Origin: Copranaerobaculum intestinale
GTDB lineage: Bacteria > Bacillota_I > Bacilli_A > Erysipelotrichales > Erysipelotrichaceae
DNA: 32,000 bases
Assembly (NCBI RefSeq): GCF_009831105.1
Contig: NZ_WUUQ01000001.1
Coordinates: 930,001-962,000, forward strand
Direction: 5' to 3'
In this document: piece by piece, positions 24,008-32,000 of the stretch
Layout of the letters: each line of letters opens with the position of its first letter
Position numbering within the stretch: position 1 is the stretch's first letter
The notes under the pieces: generated by a model
Seen by the model: only the letters and a program-made list of their open reading frames with translations
The model's database searches: none
Told to the model about the DNA's origin: nothing
Made by a program: the position numbers and the translations under genes

Positions 24008-27000
24008 ATGGGGAATTTGATGAGTTTAAATCTGCTTGATATTGTGAAAAAAATGGAAGTGGATAATCCGGACCTGCAGTATTTTGAAGGCGGATCTTTT
24101 GTGATGGATCCAATCTATATACGGAATCAGAACCGTCTGCGGATCGAGCTGCAGCTTCCCAAAGTATTGCCTTATGAAGTCTATGATATCTTTTTGGCGC
24201 GCTTAATCAAAATTACCCGTTCCCAGATCGATTTAAAGGTATATTGTGAAGATCCGGCGATCGATTTTATGGAGCTAAGAAAATACATTCGGCATTTTGT
24301 ATCCAAGCATGCCCATTTGAGGGTTTTTGAAGAGGTATGGCCGAAGGTAGAAGACGGCTATATCGTCTATCAGCTGACGGATGCAGGAAAGCGGGATCAT
24401 CTGATTCAAAACAAGCATCTGCTCACGGCTTTTCTAAAGGACTGCGGTATAACTCAGGAAATCACGGTTCAGGAGCTGACTCTGGAAAAAAGCATACCGG
24501 AAGTTGCCTGCAAACAATCCCGGACTGAACGACCTGCTCCAATTTATGAAGAAAAAAAATTTATGAGACCCAAGGGGAAGAAGGGCTTGGATCGGTATGT
24601 ACCTTTTGCGATTCATGATATTAGTGAAGCTTGTCACGATATTAAGATTCGCGGTAAGATTTTTGAACGGGAAAACCGTACGCTGCGCAATGGCAAGGAT
24701 ATACAGAGCTTATGGATTGCGGATGAGGATGATGCGATCATCATTAAACGGTTTGAACGCGGTGCGCTAACCAAGGAAGTATTAAATGAAATCAATGTTG
24801 GAGACAGCGTGATTGCATATGGCCGTGTGGAATACGATACGTATACGCGGGAGCTGGTGTTCATGCCGGATGTCATTGAGCAAACAGCAGAGAAAAAACG
24901 CCATGATACCGCTGATGAAAAACGTGTAGAGCTTCATGTTCATACGAAGCTTTCGGAAATGGATGGAGTCTGTGATATCGAGGAATTTATCGCCCAGGCG
25001 AATGAATGGGGTCATGATGCGATTGCTTTGACCGATCATATGGTCGTACAGGCATTCCCAAAGGCGCAGCATGCAGTAACCGCAATCAATAAAAAGCGGG
25101 AAAAACCTTTCAAAATGCTGTATGGAGTTGAGATGAACATGGTTGATCCGCTTCTGCATATTGTCCGCAATGCCGATGATACGGAACTGGAAAAGGGCGA
25201 GTATTGTGTATTTGACTTGGAAACTACGGGGCTGTCCTCACGCTATGACCACATCATTGAGTTTGGCGGTCAGATCATGAAAGACCGCACCTGCATTCGC
25301 AAGCTTCAATTATTCATAAAACCGCCGGTGGCGCTGAGTGCGTTTACGATGGAGCTTACCAATATCACAGAAGAAGAAATGCGTACCGCCAGACCGTTTG
25401 AAGAATGTGTTGATGAAATTCTGGAATTTATCGGTGAACGCATTCTGGTTGCCCACAATGCTGATTTCGACTATAACTTTCTAAATGATGAGCTGGTTCG
25501 AAGCGGCCGTGCGCCATTGATGAATCCGGTGATTGATACGCTTGATCTGGCCCGTTCGCTGCACAGCGACCGCAAGGGATATCGGCTTGGTCAGATTGCC
25601 CGCTCCTATGGCATCCGCTATGAGGAAGATGTCGCTCACCGTGCTGACTATGATGCGGAAATTCTGGCTCAGGTATATATGAATATGCTGAATGAACTGA
25701 AGCATATCAAAACGCTGAAGGAACTGCAGGAAATGCAGGATCCATCCTGTTTTAAGAAAGTATTTAAAAAGCATGTTACCATTTTGGTGAAGAATAAAAC
25801 CGGCTTAAAAGAACTGTTTGAATTAATTACCCTGTCACACTGTAAGTACCTTGCCTTTAACGGTAAAAATACCGCCAATATCGTCGCGGAACCGCGCATC
25901 CCCCGTGAGGAGATCGATAAGGTTAGAAAAAACGGAAATTTGCTGATCGGCACCAGCTGTTTGAATGGAGAAGTTTTTGACTTGGCGCATACCCGTAATC
26001 AGCAGGAGCTGGAAGCGGCAATGGCATGGTACGACTATGTTGAAATTCAGCCATTGGCGTGCTATGAGCATCTCATCGCCCGGGATCAGATCGGTTCTAT
26101 GGACCGGCTGAAGCAGATTCTTGGTGATATTATCAGCACCGGTTATCAGCTTGGTAAAATTGTCGTCGCAACGGGTGACGCGCATTATGTGCATCCGGAA
26201 GAAAAACAGATTCGTGATATTTATATTTCCTCTCAGGCGATCGGAGGAGTGCGCCATCCCCTGTATATTTATAATCAGGAGCGGCGGCGCAAAAGCAAGG
26301 CGCCGGATCAGCATTTTTTGACTACTGATGAAATGCTGGATGCATTTGCTTGGGTTGGTAAGGACCGAGCTTATGAGATGGTTGTTACCAATACCCAGAA
26401 GATTGCGGAAATGATTGAACCGGTCTATCCGGTAAAGGATCGTCTGTATCCCCCAGATATCGAAGGATCAGATCAGAAGTTGCGGGATATCTGTTATAAA
26501 CGGGCACATGAAATATATGGACCAAAGCTGCCGGAAATTGTGTCCAACCGATTGGAAAAGGAATTAAAGAGCATTATCGGACACGGCTTCTATGTGGTTT
26601 ACTATATATCACATCTGTTGGTTAAAAAATCCAATGAGGACGGTTATCTGGTTGGTTCCCGAGGATCGGTCGGCTCTTCATTTGTGGCAACGATGGCTGG
26701 TATTACAGAGGTAAATCCGCTGGCCCCGCATTATGTGTGTCCTAAATGTCATTATGTGGAGTTTTTTACCGACGGCAGTATTGCATCTGGTTTTGATTTG
26801 CCGGACAAGAAGTGTCCAATCTGTAATGAAACAATACGCGGAGATGGTCAGGATATACCGTTTGAAACCTTTTTGGGCTTTGAAGGTGATAAGGTGCCCG
26901 ATATCGATCTGAACTTTTCCGGTGATTATCAGCCAACTGCTCATGCTTATACCAAAGAGGTATTCGGTGAGGATCATGTATTCCGTGCCGGAACCATCGG

Positions 27001-28351
27001 TACGGTCGCTGAACAGACGGCATTTGGGTATGTCAAGGGCTATGAGGAAGAAATGGGCATTGAGGGAACGACCCGTAAGGCGCAGATACTGCGGCTGGCA
27101 AAGGGCTGTGAAGGGGTAAAACGTACAACCGGTCAGCATCCCGGCGGGATCATCGTCATTCCGCAGGATATGGATGTGCATGATTTTACTCCGGTGCAGT
27201 ATCCGGCCAATAACCCTTTTGCGGAATGGAAGACCACCCATTTCGACTTCCATCAAATTCATGACAATGTCCTGAAATTTGATATACTGGGACATGTCGA
27301 TCCGACCGCGATGAAAATGTTGGAACGGATGAGCGGTATTGATGTGACAACGATCCCAATGAACGATCCGGCAACAATGAGCATCTTCTCAAGTGTGGAT
27401 GCTTTGCATATTGATACCAGCAAGAACACGGAAATTACCGGCGCCGCGGGGATTCCTGAATTCGGAACCTCTTTTGTCCGGGGCATCTTAGAAATGACGA
27501 GGCCGACAACCTTCGATGAGCTGGTGCGTATTTCCGGCTTGTCGCATGGAACGGATGTTTGGCTGAACAATGCTAAGGATCTGGTTGAAGCTAAGACCTG
27601 CACCCTGAAAAATGTAATCGGCTGCCGTGATGATATCATGGTCTATCTGCTTCATAAGGGATTACCGCCGAAAACGGCCTTTACGATTATGGAATCAGTT
27701 CGTAAGGGCAAAGGGCTGAAGGATGAATGGATCGAAGTCATGAAGGAACATGACGTAGACAGCTGGTATGTGGATTCCTGTGAGAAGATCAAATATATGT
27801 TTCCGAAGGCACACGCTGTTGCCTATGTCATGATGGCGGTAAGAATTGCCTGGTTCAAGGTGCATATGCCGCAGTATTATTACTGTATGTTCTTTTCGAT
27901 CCGCTGTGATGCTTATGATATTGAAACGATGATCAAGGGCGAACAGTCGATCCGCCGTCGGATGACGGAGATTGCAGGACGGATGGAAAGCAATGAATTC
28001 AAGAATGAGGTAACCAAGAAGGAGCGGGATATTTACACCTGTCTGGAGCTGGCACTGGAAATGGTACTGCGCGGTTACCGCTTTGGCAATATTGATATTA
28101 TGCGCTCTGAAGCAAAAGAATTTATCGTTGATCCAGATGATGACAATATCATCATTCCGCCGTTTACCAGTATTGACGGCTTGGGTGAAAACGTTGCGAT
28201 CACGGTAATTGAAGCCCGTAAGCAGGGGGCATTTCTGTCTAAGCAGGACTTGCAGGATCGCACTGCGTTAAATGGAACTCTGGTGAAAAAGCTGGAAGCG
28301 CTGGGCGCGCTCGGTGATCTGCAGGAGGAAAATCAGCTTTCATTGTTTTAA
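24008..28351 (+). CDS. polC: DNA polymerase III alpha subunit, PolC type
   Basis: 1447 aa. PHP domain (VELHVHTKLSEMDG), inserted 3'-5' exonuclease (FDLETTGL...AHNADFDYNFL), a Zn-finger region (CPKCHY...CPICN) and the polymerase core (GQHPGGIIV, KFDILGH). ATG 24020 is an alternative start. Confidence 0.97.
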   Translation: MGNLMSLNLLDIVKKMEVDNPDLQYFEGGSFVMDPIYIRNQNRLRIELQLPKVLPYEVYDIFLARLIKITRSQIDLKVYCEDPAIDFMELRKYIRHFVSKHAHLRVFEEVWPKVEDGYIVYQLTDAGKRDHLIQNKHLLTAFLKDCGITQEITVQELTLEKSIPEVACKQSRTERPAPIYEEKKFMRPKGKKGLDRYVPFAIHDISEACHDIKIRGKIFERENRTLRNGKDIQSLWIADEDDAIIIKRFERGALTKEVLNEINVGDSVIAYGRVEYDTYTRELVFMPDVIEQTAEKKRHDTADEKRVELHVHTKLSEMDGVCDIEEFIAQANEWGHDAIALTDHMVVQAFPKAQHAVTAINKKREKPFKMLYGVEMNMVDPLLHIVRNADDTELEKGEYCVFDLETTGLSSRYDHIIEFGGQIMKDRTCIRKLQLFIKPPVALSAFTMELTNITEEEMRTARPFEECVDEILEFIGERILVAHNADFDYNFLNDELVRSGRAPLMNPVIDTLDLARSLHSDRKGYRLGQIARSYGIRYEEDVAHRADYDAEILAQVYMNMLNELKHIKTLKELQEMQDPSCFKKVFKKHVTILVKNKTGLKELFELITLSHCKYLAFNGKNTANIVAEPRIPREEIDKVRKNGNLLIGTSCLNGEVFDLAHTRNQQELEAAMAWYDYVEIQPLACYEHLIARDQIGSMDRLKQILGDIISTGYQLGKIVVATGDAHYVHPEEKQIRDIYISSQAIGGVRHPLYIYNQERRRKSKAPDQHFLTTDEMLDAFAWVGKDRAYEMVVTNTQKIAEMIEPVYPVKDRLYPPDIEGSDQKLRDICYKRAHEIYGPKLPEIVSNRLEKELKSIIGHGFYVVYYISHLLVKKSNEDGYLVGSRGSVGSSFVATMAGITEVNPLAPHYVCPKCHYVEFFTDGSIASGFDLPDKKCPICNETIRGDGQDIPFETFLGFEGDKVPDIDLNFSGDYQPTAHAYTKEVFGEDHVFRAGTIGTVAEQTAFGYVKGYEEEMGIEGTTRKAQILRLAKGCEGVKRTTGQHPGGIIVIPQDMDVHDFTPVQYPANNPFAEWKTTHFDFHQIHDNVLKFDILGHVDPTAMKMLERMSGIDVTTIPMNDPATMSIFSSVDALHIDTSKNTEITGAAGIPEFGTSFVRGILEMTRPTTFDELVRISGLSHGTDVWLNNAKDLVEAKTCTLKNVIGCRDDIMVYLLHKGLPPKTAFTIMESVRKGKGLKDEWIEVMKEHDVDSWYVDSCEKIKYMFPKAHAVAYVMMAVRIAWFKVHMPQYYYCMFFSIRCDAYDIETMIKGEQSIRRRMTEIAGRMESNEFKNEVTKKERDIYTCLELALEMVLRGYRFGNIDIMRSEAKEFIVDPDDDNIIIPPFTSIDGLGENVAITVIEARKQGAFLSKQDLQDRTALNGTLVKKLEALGALGDLQEENQLSLF

Positions 28352-28366
28352 AATTGAGGGATGATC

Positions 28367-28399
28367 AAAACGGTTTGTTTTTAATAAATGAACCGTTTT
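28367..28399 (+). terminator. Weak AT-rich hairpin after polC (possible terminator)
   Basis: Stem aaaacggtt/aaccgtttt with a 15-nt loop and a short T tract. The stem has low GC. Confidence 0.35.
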
Positions 28400-28420
28400 C
28401 ACTTGGCTCGACACATGGAT

Positions 28421-28450
28421 TTGTAATGAGCTTTGTCTTTGTGCTATGAT
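28421..28450 (+). promoter_or_regulatory. Candidate promoter of the ClC gene (TTGTAA, 18 nt, TGcTATGAT)
   Basis: Hexamers at 28421-28426 and 28445-28450, with TG at 28442-28443. This places the transcription start downstream of the ORF-track TTG start at 28433. Confidence 0.4.
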
Positions 28451-28471
28451 AAAAAAGAATCGAGGGATAGG

Positions 28472-30046
28472 ATGAGATCGTATAAACGGGGATCAACCCA
28501 GCATGTGCTGGGAACAGCCAAGAAATTTAAATATGTGCTGGTGGTAGAAGGACTGGCAACCGGTGCGGCAGCTGGATTGATCGCGGTGCTTTACCGTATT
28601 CTGCTGGAGCATGCTGAATCCTTTGTGATGGCTGCGGCTTCCTTTATCAAGGGAAATTATTTGTATATTGCCGGTTGGTTTATTGTTCTCTTGATACTCG
28701 GGTTTTTAGTAATGAAAATCAGTCAATGGGAACCGTATATCAGCGGCAGCGGCATTCCTCAGGTTGAGGGCGAGGTGATTTCTTTCATCGATCAGAAATG
28801 GTATCGGGTGCTGCCGGCAAAGGCAGTGTCCGGGGTGCTGTGCGCGATCGGCGGGCTGTCTTTGGGACGGGAAGGGCCGAGCATTCAGCTTGGGGCAATG
28901 GCCGGTAAAGGATTGGCGAAAACCTTTCATCGAGCTAAGGTAGAAGAACATCTGCTGCTTACCTGCGGAGCAGCTGCCGGTTTGTCCGCAGCCTTTAATG
29001 CACCGCTTGCCGGGGTGATGTTTGCCTTAGAGGAAGTGCATAAGAATTTTAATGTCAATGTATTGATATCCGTCATGTGCGCTTCCGTGACCGGAACCTT
29101 TATCTCTCAAAATATCTTTGGTCTGGCGCCGGCCTTTCATTTTGTTGTGGAAGAAACGATGCCGCTTCATAATTACGGCTATCTGTTGGTGCTGGGAATC
29201 TTCGCGGGCGTGCTGGGCGTCGTCTATAACAAATGCACGATCAAAATGCAGGATACCCTGGCAAGATCTAAATTTAAACCGGGTTACAGTATTCTGCTGG
29301 CCTTTTTGCTTGCCGGTATTTTTGCCCTATGTCTGCCGCAAGTGCTGGGCGGCGGCCATCGCATGATTGAAATGCTCACCAATAACGATGCGATGCTCAT
29401 CAAGACGATGGGCATGCTGCTGGTGATGAAATTTATCTTTTCCTTGATCAGCTTCGGTTCCGGAGCGCCCGGCGGCATTTTCTTCCCGCTGTTGGTGCTG
29501 GGCAGCTTCATCGGGGCGATCTTCGCTGTGATTGCGATCCGATATTTCGGAGTTTCATCAATGTATATGCCCAATTTTATCATTGTGGCAATGGCTGGCA
29601 TGTTTGCGGCCATCGTAAGAGCGCCGATCACAGGAATTATCCTGATTGCGGAAATGTGCGGCACTCTGACCCATCTGCTGCCGCTGGCGGTAGTTTCGAT
29701 CGCCGCTTATCTTACTGCAACGATGCTGAACTGCGATCCGATTTATGAGAGCCTGCTGCATCGGCTGCTGCTGAAAAACGGTGTCAGCACCGGTGAAGAA
29801 AAAGGAGAAAAACTGTTGGTTCAAAATGTTGTGGAGCTGGGAAGCCATATTTGTGAAAAGAAGATCTGTGAAGTCAACTGGCCGCGCCATTGCTTGATCG
29901 TCAGTATCGAAAGAGGCGGTAAGGAGATCATACCGAACGGTGAAACGATCATCCATTGCGGCGATATCCTGGTAGCACTGCTAAATGAGGGTGATTCTGC
30001 TTACGTGAAGCATGCATTTGCGAAATGCTGCGGCGTAAAAGAATAA
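28472..30046 (+). CDS. ClC-family chloride channel / Cl-/H+ antiporter with a C-terminal TrkA-C (RCK_C) domain
   Basis: Selectivity motifs GSGIPQ, GREGP (gating Glu present) and GGIFFP. The C-terminal ~80 aa are RCK_C-like (ICEVNWPRHCLIVSIERGGKEIIPNGETIIHCGDILV). ATG 28472 follows SD GAGGGATAGG. Confidence 0.88.
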   Translation: MRSYKRGSTQHVLGTAKKFKYVLVVEGLATGAAAGLIAVLYRILLEHAESFVMAAASFIKGNYLYIAGWFIVLLILGFLVMKISQWEPYISGSGIPQVEGEVISFIDQKWYRVLPAKAVSGVLCAIGGLSLGREGPSIQLGAMAGKGLAKTFHRAKVEEHLLLTCGAAAGLSAAFNAPLAGVMFALEEVHKNFNVNVLISVMCASVTGTFISQNIFGLAPAFHFVVEETMPLHNYGYLLVLGIFAGVLGVVYNKCTIKMQDTLARSKFKPGYSILLAFLLAGIFALCLPQVLGGGHRMIEMLTNNDAMLIKTMGMLLVMKFIFSLISFGSGAPGGIFFPLLVLGSFIGAIFAVIAIRYFGVSSMYMPNFIIVAMAGMFAAIVRAPITGIILIAEMCGTLTHLLPLAVVSIAAYLTATMLNCDPIYESLLHRLLLKNGVSTGEEKGEKLLVQNVVELGSHICEKKICEVNWPRHCLIVSIERGGKEIIPNGETIIHCGDILVALLNEGDSAYVKHAFAKCCGVKE

Positions 30047-30067
30047 GTAAAAATTTTAGATATAGAT

Positions 30068-30115
30068 AAGGATGATGAAGCCCTGAAGAGCTGGGGATGC
30101 ATCATCCTTTTTTTG
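30068..30115 (+). terminator. Rho-independent terminator after the ClC gene
   Basis: 10-bp stem aaggatgatg/catcatcctt followed by T7. Confidence 0.75.
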
Positions 30116-30248
30116 GATACGCCGCATCATTCGCCAATTATCCGCAGGAAACGTTGATCTTCTCCAGTCTTTTCCTATCTTTTATCTGAAGCTACAAGCG
30201 ACCGTTTTATCAATCTCCGCAAATCCATAAATTTCAGGTAATTTTTTA

Positions 30249-30277
30249 TATACAAATAACCCTGAAAACGATATAAT
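30249..30277 (+). promoter_or_regulatory. Candidate P-mra promoter (TATACA, 17 nt, TATAAT)
   Basis: TATAAT at 30272-30277 lies 46 nt upstream of the mraZ ATG. The -35 matches 4 of 6 positions. Confidence 0.45.
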
Positions 30278-30278
30278 A

Positions 30279-30313
30279 GTGGTGTAAAGTAGCGGAAAGT
30301 GGTAGAAAGTGGA
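30279..30313 (+). promoter_or_regulatory. MraZ operator: four direct GT(G/A)G-core boxes at exact 10-bp phasing
   Basis: GTGGT 30279, GTAGC 30289, GTGGT 30299 and GTGGA 30309. The last three are each preceded by AAA, and the last overlaps SD GGAGGA (30311-30316). Confidence 0.6.
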
Positions 30314-30323
30314 GGATTGAAGG

Positions 30324-30755
30324 ATGCTGATCGGTGAATATGCACATAACATCGACGCCAAAGGGCGCCTTATCATCCCTGCCAAATTCCGTGATGAATT
30401 GGGTTTTAAAATGATTGTGACCCGAGGACTAGACGGCTGTTTGTGCGTGTATACGCTGGAACAGTGGAAGCTGCTTTATGAACAGCTGATGAAGCTTCCC
30501 ACGACCAAAAAGGAAGCCCGCATGTATGTGCGCATGGTAACCAGTAAGGCGGCTGAGTGTGAATTAGATGCCCAGGGAAGAATTTCACTGCCGCAGACCC
30601 TTATTCAGCTCGCTGACCTGAAAAAGGAGTGTGTCATTTCCGGTACCGGAAATCGCGTTGAAATTTGGGCGAAGGATCGCTGGAATGCAGTTAATGAGGA
30701 TAACGCCGAATCCTTTGAAGATATGGCTGAAAGTTTGACGGAGTTCTTTCTGTAA
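30324..30755 (+). CDS. mraZ: Transcriptional regulator MraZ
   Basis: Two SpoVT/AbrB-like repeats, each with a DxxGR motif (NIDAKGRLIIPAKFR and ELDAQGRISLPQTL). 143 aa. Confidence 0.95.
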   Translation: MLIGEYAHNIDAKGRLIIPAKFRDELGFKMIVTRGLDGCLCVYTLEQWKLLYEQLMKLPTTKKEARMYVRMVTSKAAECELDAQGRISLPQTLIQLADLKKECVISGTGNRVEIWAKDRWNAVNEDNAESFEDMAESLTEFFL

Positions 30756-31687
30756 TGGAACATACTAGTGTTCTGCTGAAAGAGTCGATCGATGCTTTGG
30801 CAATTCGATCAAACGGCATTTATGTCGACGGCACGCTGGGACGCGGCGGTCACAGCAGTGAAATTTTAAAGCAGTTGGACAGCGGTCATCTCTATGCATT
30901 TGACCGGGATGAAGCGGCGATCAAGGCATCAGATCAGCGATTATCGGGAATTTCTGATCATTACACAATCATCCGCAGCAATTTCGCCAGCTTGAAAGCT
31001 GAACTGGCAAAACATGACGTCAAGCATATTGACGGACTGCTGTTGGATTTAGGCGTTTCATCACCGCAGTTTGATGATGCGAGCCGAGGATTCTCTTATC
31101 GATTTGATGCGCCGCTCGATATGCGCATGGATCAGCGTCAGTCCCTCAGTGCTTATGAAGTGGTTAACGAATGGGATTATCATGATTTGGTTTCGATCTT
31201 TTTTAGATACGGAGAGGAAAAGTTTGCAAAGCAGATTGCCCGCCGTATTGAACAGGTAAGGGATCAGCAGCCGATTCGTACGACATTTGAACTTGTTGAC
31301 GTCATCAAATCCGCATTGCCGATGAAAGTGCTGAATACCAAAGGACATCCGGCGAAAAAAATCTTTCAGGCGATCCGCATCGCGGTAAATGATGAATTGC
31401 AGGAATTACATATTGTATTGCATGATGCGTTATCGATGCTGAATCCGCAGGGCCGAATTGCGGTTATCACCTTTCAGTCACTGGAGGACAGAATTGTGAA
31501 AGATACATTTAAAGAATATTCCAGTGTACCGAAGATCGATAAACGCATACCGCTGCTTCCGGAGCAGTTGGAAACACCTCCTTATCGGTTGGTCTGCCGT
31601 AAGCCGATCTTGCCGGGAAGTGAGGAATTAATGGAAAATAATCGTGCTCACTCAGCGAAATTAAGAGTGATTGAAAGGATCAGGTGA
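30755..31687 (+). CDS. rsmH: 16S rRNA (cytosine1402-N4)-methyltransferase
   Basis: HTSVLL, DGTLGRGGHS, LLDLGVSSPQFD and ITFQSLEDRIVK motifs. The start overlaps the mraZ stop (TAATG). Confidence 0.95.
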   Translation: MEHTSVLLKESIDALAIRSNGIYVDGTLGRGGHSSEILKQLDSGHLYAFDRDEAAIKASDQRLSGISDHYTIIRSNFASLKAELAKHDVKHIDGLLLDLGVSSPQFDDASRGFSYRFDAPLDMRMDQRQSLSAYEVVNEWDYHDLVSIFFRYGEEKFAKQIARRIEQVRDQQPIRTTFELVDVIKSALPMKVLNTKGHPAKKIFQAIRIAVNDELQELHIVLHDALSMLNPQGRIAVITFQSLEDRIVKDTFKEYSSVPKIDKRIPLLPEQLETPPYRLVCRKPILPGSEELMENNRAHSAKLRVIERIR

Positions 31688-31992
31688 TTGCAGTGGCCAA
31701 AATTGTGAAAAAGAAACGCAGATTGCGCGTAGAGCGTTTAGTATCCATGTTTTTTGCTTTATCGATATTCTTATATCTGGGTTCCTCATTGTTTTTACAA
31801 TCCTACAACATGAGCCTTTCAAAGCTGGATACGAAACGCGAAAATGAAATTATCGCAGCCAAGAAAGATAAAGAATCGATGCGTGTGGCTGTGGAACAGC
31901 TGCAGAACCGCGACCGTATCTTAGCGGTTGCGAAGGATGCGGGTATTGACGTAAACCAGGACAGCGTTGTAATTTTAGACGGTAATAATTAA
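31684..31992 (+). CDS. ftsL: Cell division protein FtsL
   Basis: 102 aa with a basic N-terminus, one TM segment (LVSMFFALSIFLYLGSSLFL) and a coiled-coil segment ending RILAVAKDAGI. The GTG start overlaps the rsmH stop (GTGA). It occupies the canonical position after rsmH. Confidence 0.75.
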   Translation: MIAVAKIVKKKRRLRVERLVSMFFALSIFLYLGSSLFLQSYNMSLSKLDTKRENEIIAAKKDKESMRVAVEQLQNRDRILAVAKDAGIDVNQDSVVILDGNN

Positions 31993-32000
31993 TATTACAA

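Noticed and set aside
24552-24559. A8 run inside polC as a second slippage site
   Set aside because: The reading frame is continuous through it (YEEKKFMRP) and the flanking protein sequence is normal. Nothing suggests a frameshift.
24434-27639. Multiple minus-strand ORFs (67-205 aa) inside polC
   Set aside because: All are antisense to the continuous 1447-aa PolC frame, and their sequences are Arg/His/Ile-rich without motifs. Shadow ORFs.
28433-28471. N-terminal extensions in the ORF track that use TTG/GTG or early ATG starts (28433 for ClC, 20442 for the carboxypeptidase, 7794 for srtB, 8675 for the LiaF-like gene, 6056 for the permease, 7654 for the ArsR regulator, 7382 for the SdpI-family gene)
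   Set aside because: In each case a downstream ATG has a well-spaced SD. The extension either contains that SD, overlaps the upstream gene, or lies upstream of the predicted promoter.
28352-28471. Possible fluoride (crcB-motif) riboswitch upstream of the ClC gene
   Set aside because: The leader is short and lacks the paired GATG...CTGATG and AAACYGCC-type conserved elements. The protein carries a TrkA-C domain and looks like a conventional ClC rather than a fluoride-specific ClC-F.
30182-30385. 67-aa minus-strand ORF overlapping the mraZ promoter and start
   Set aside because: It is antisense to the mraZ 5' end and the MraZ box array, with no SD. Spurious.
1-32000. CRISPR arrays, rRNA/tRNA genes, transposases/integrases, prophage or known defence-system genes
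   Set aside because: None was recognised on either strand. No long interspersed repeats were noticed by eye. An exhaustive repeat search would need a computational self-alignment.

Overview
This is a chromosomal segment from a Gram-positive bacterium (Bacillota). The evidence is a PolC-type replicase, the Asp23-YloV-RecG neighbourhood, MraZ-RsmH-FtsL, AGGAGG-type Shine-Dalgarno (SD) sites and rho-independent terminators. A gut Erysipelotrichia or Clostridia-like origin is only a guess. Coding density is high and nearly everything is core or housekeeping.

Gene order:
- 1-3298: a heterodimeric ABC exporter, with its 5' end outside the window.
- 3417-4322: an HD-GYP phosphodiesterase.
- 4368-7639, minus strand: a four-gene operon of an ArsR/SdpR-like regulator, an SdpI-family membrane protein, an ABC ATPase and a 12-TM ABC permease.
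- From 7809 to the window end, every gene is on the plus strand: class B sortase, a frameshifted LiaF-like gene, ftsW-murG-murB-divIB, asp23-yloV, an AT-rich insert carrying a membrane GGDEF protein, recG, rnc, a PBP5-type carboxypeptidase, a PatB/MalY C-S lyase, a CaCA antiporter, polC, a ClC channel, and mraZ-rsmH-ftsL.

I found no tRNA or rRNA genes, CRISPR arrays, IS elements, prophage genes or recognisable defence genes. I also see no clear-cut novel multi-gene system.

The most noteworthy items are:
- the orphan SdpR/SdpI-like sensor pair translationally coupled to an ABC exporter, with a repeated operator-like motif;
- a LiaF-like gene split exactly at an A9 run, behind a promoter embedded in 15-bp perfect direct repeats;
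- an AT-rich 1.8-kb insert between yloV and recG, made of 0.7 kb of non-coding DNA plus an SGDEF-variant cyclase;
- an apparently leaderless recG;
- a textbook 10-bp-phased MraZ box array.

All calls rest on reading the sequence and the ORF translations by eye. No database search was run.
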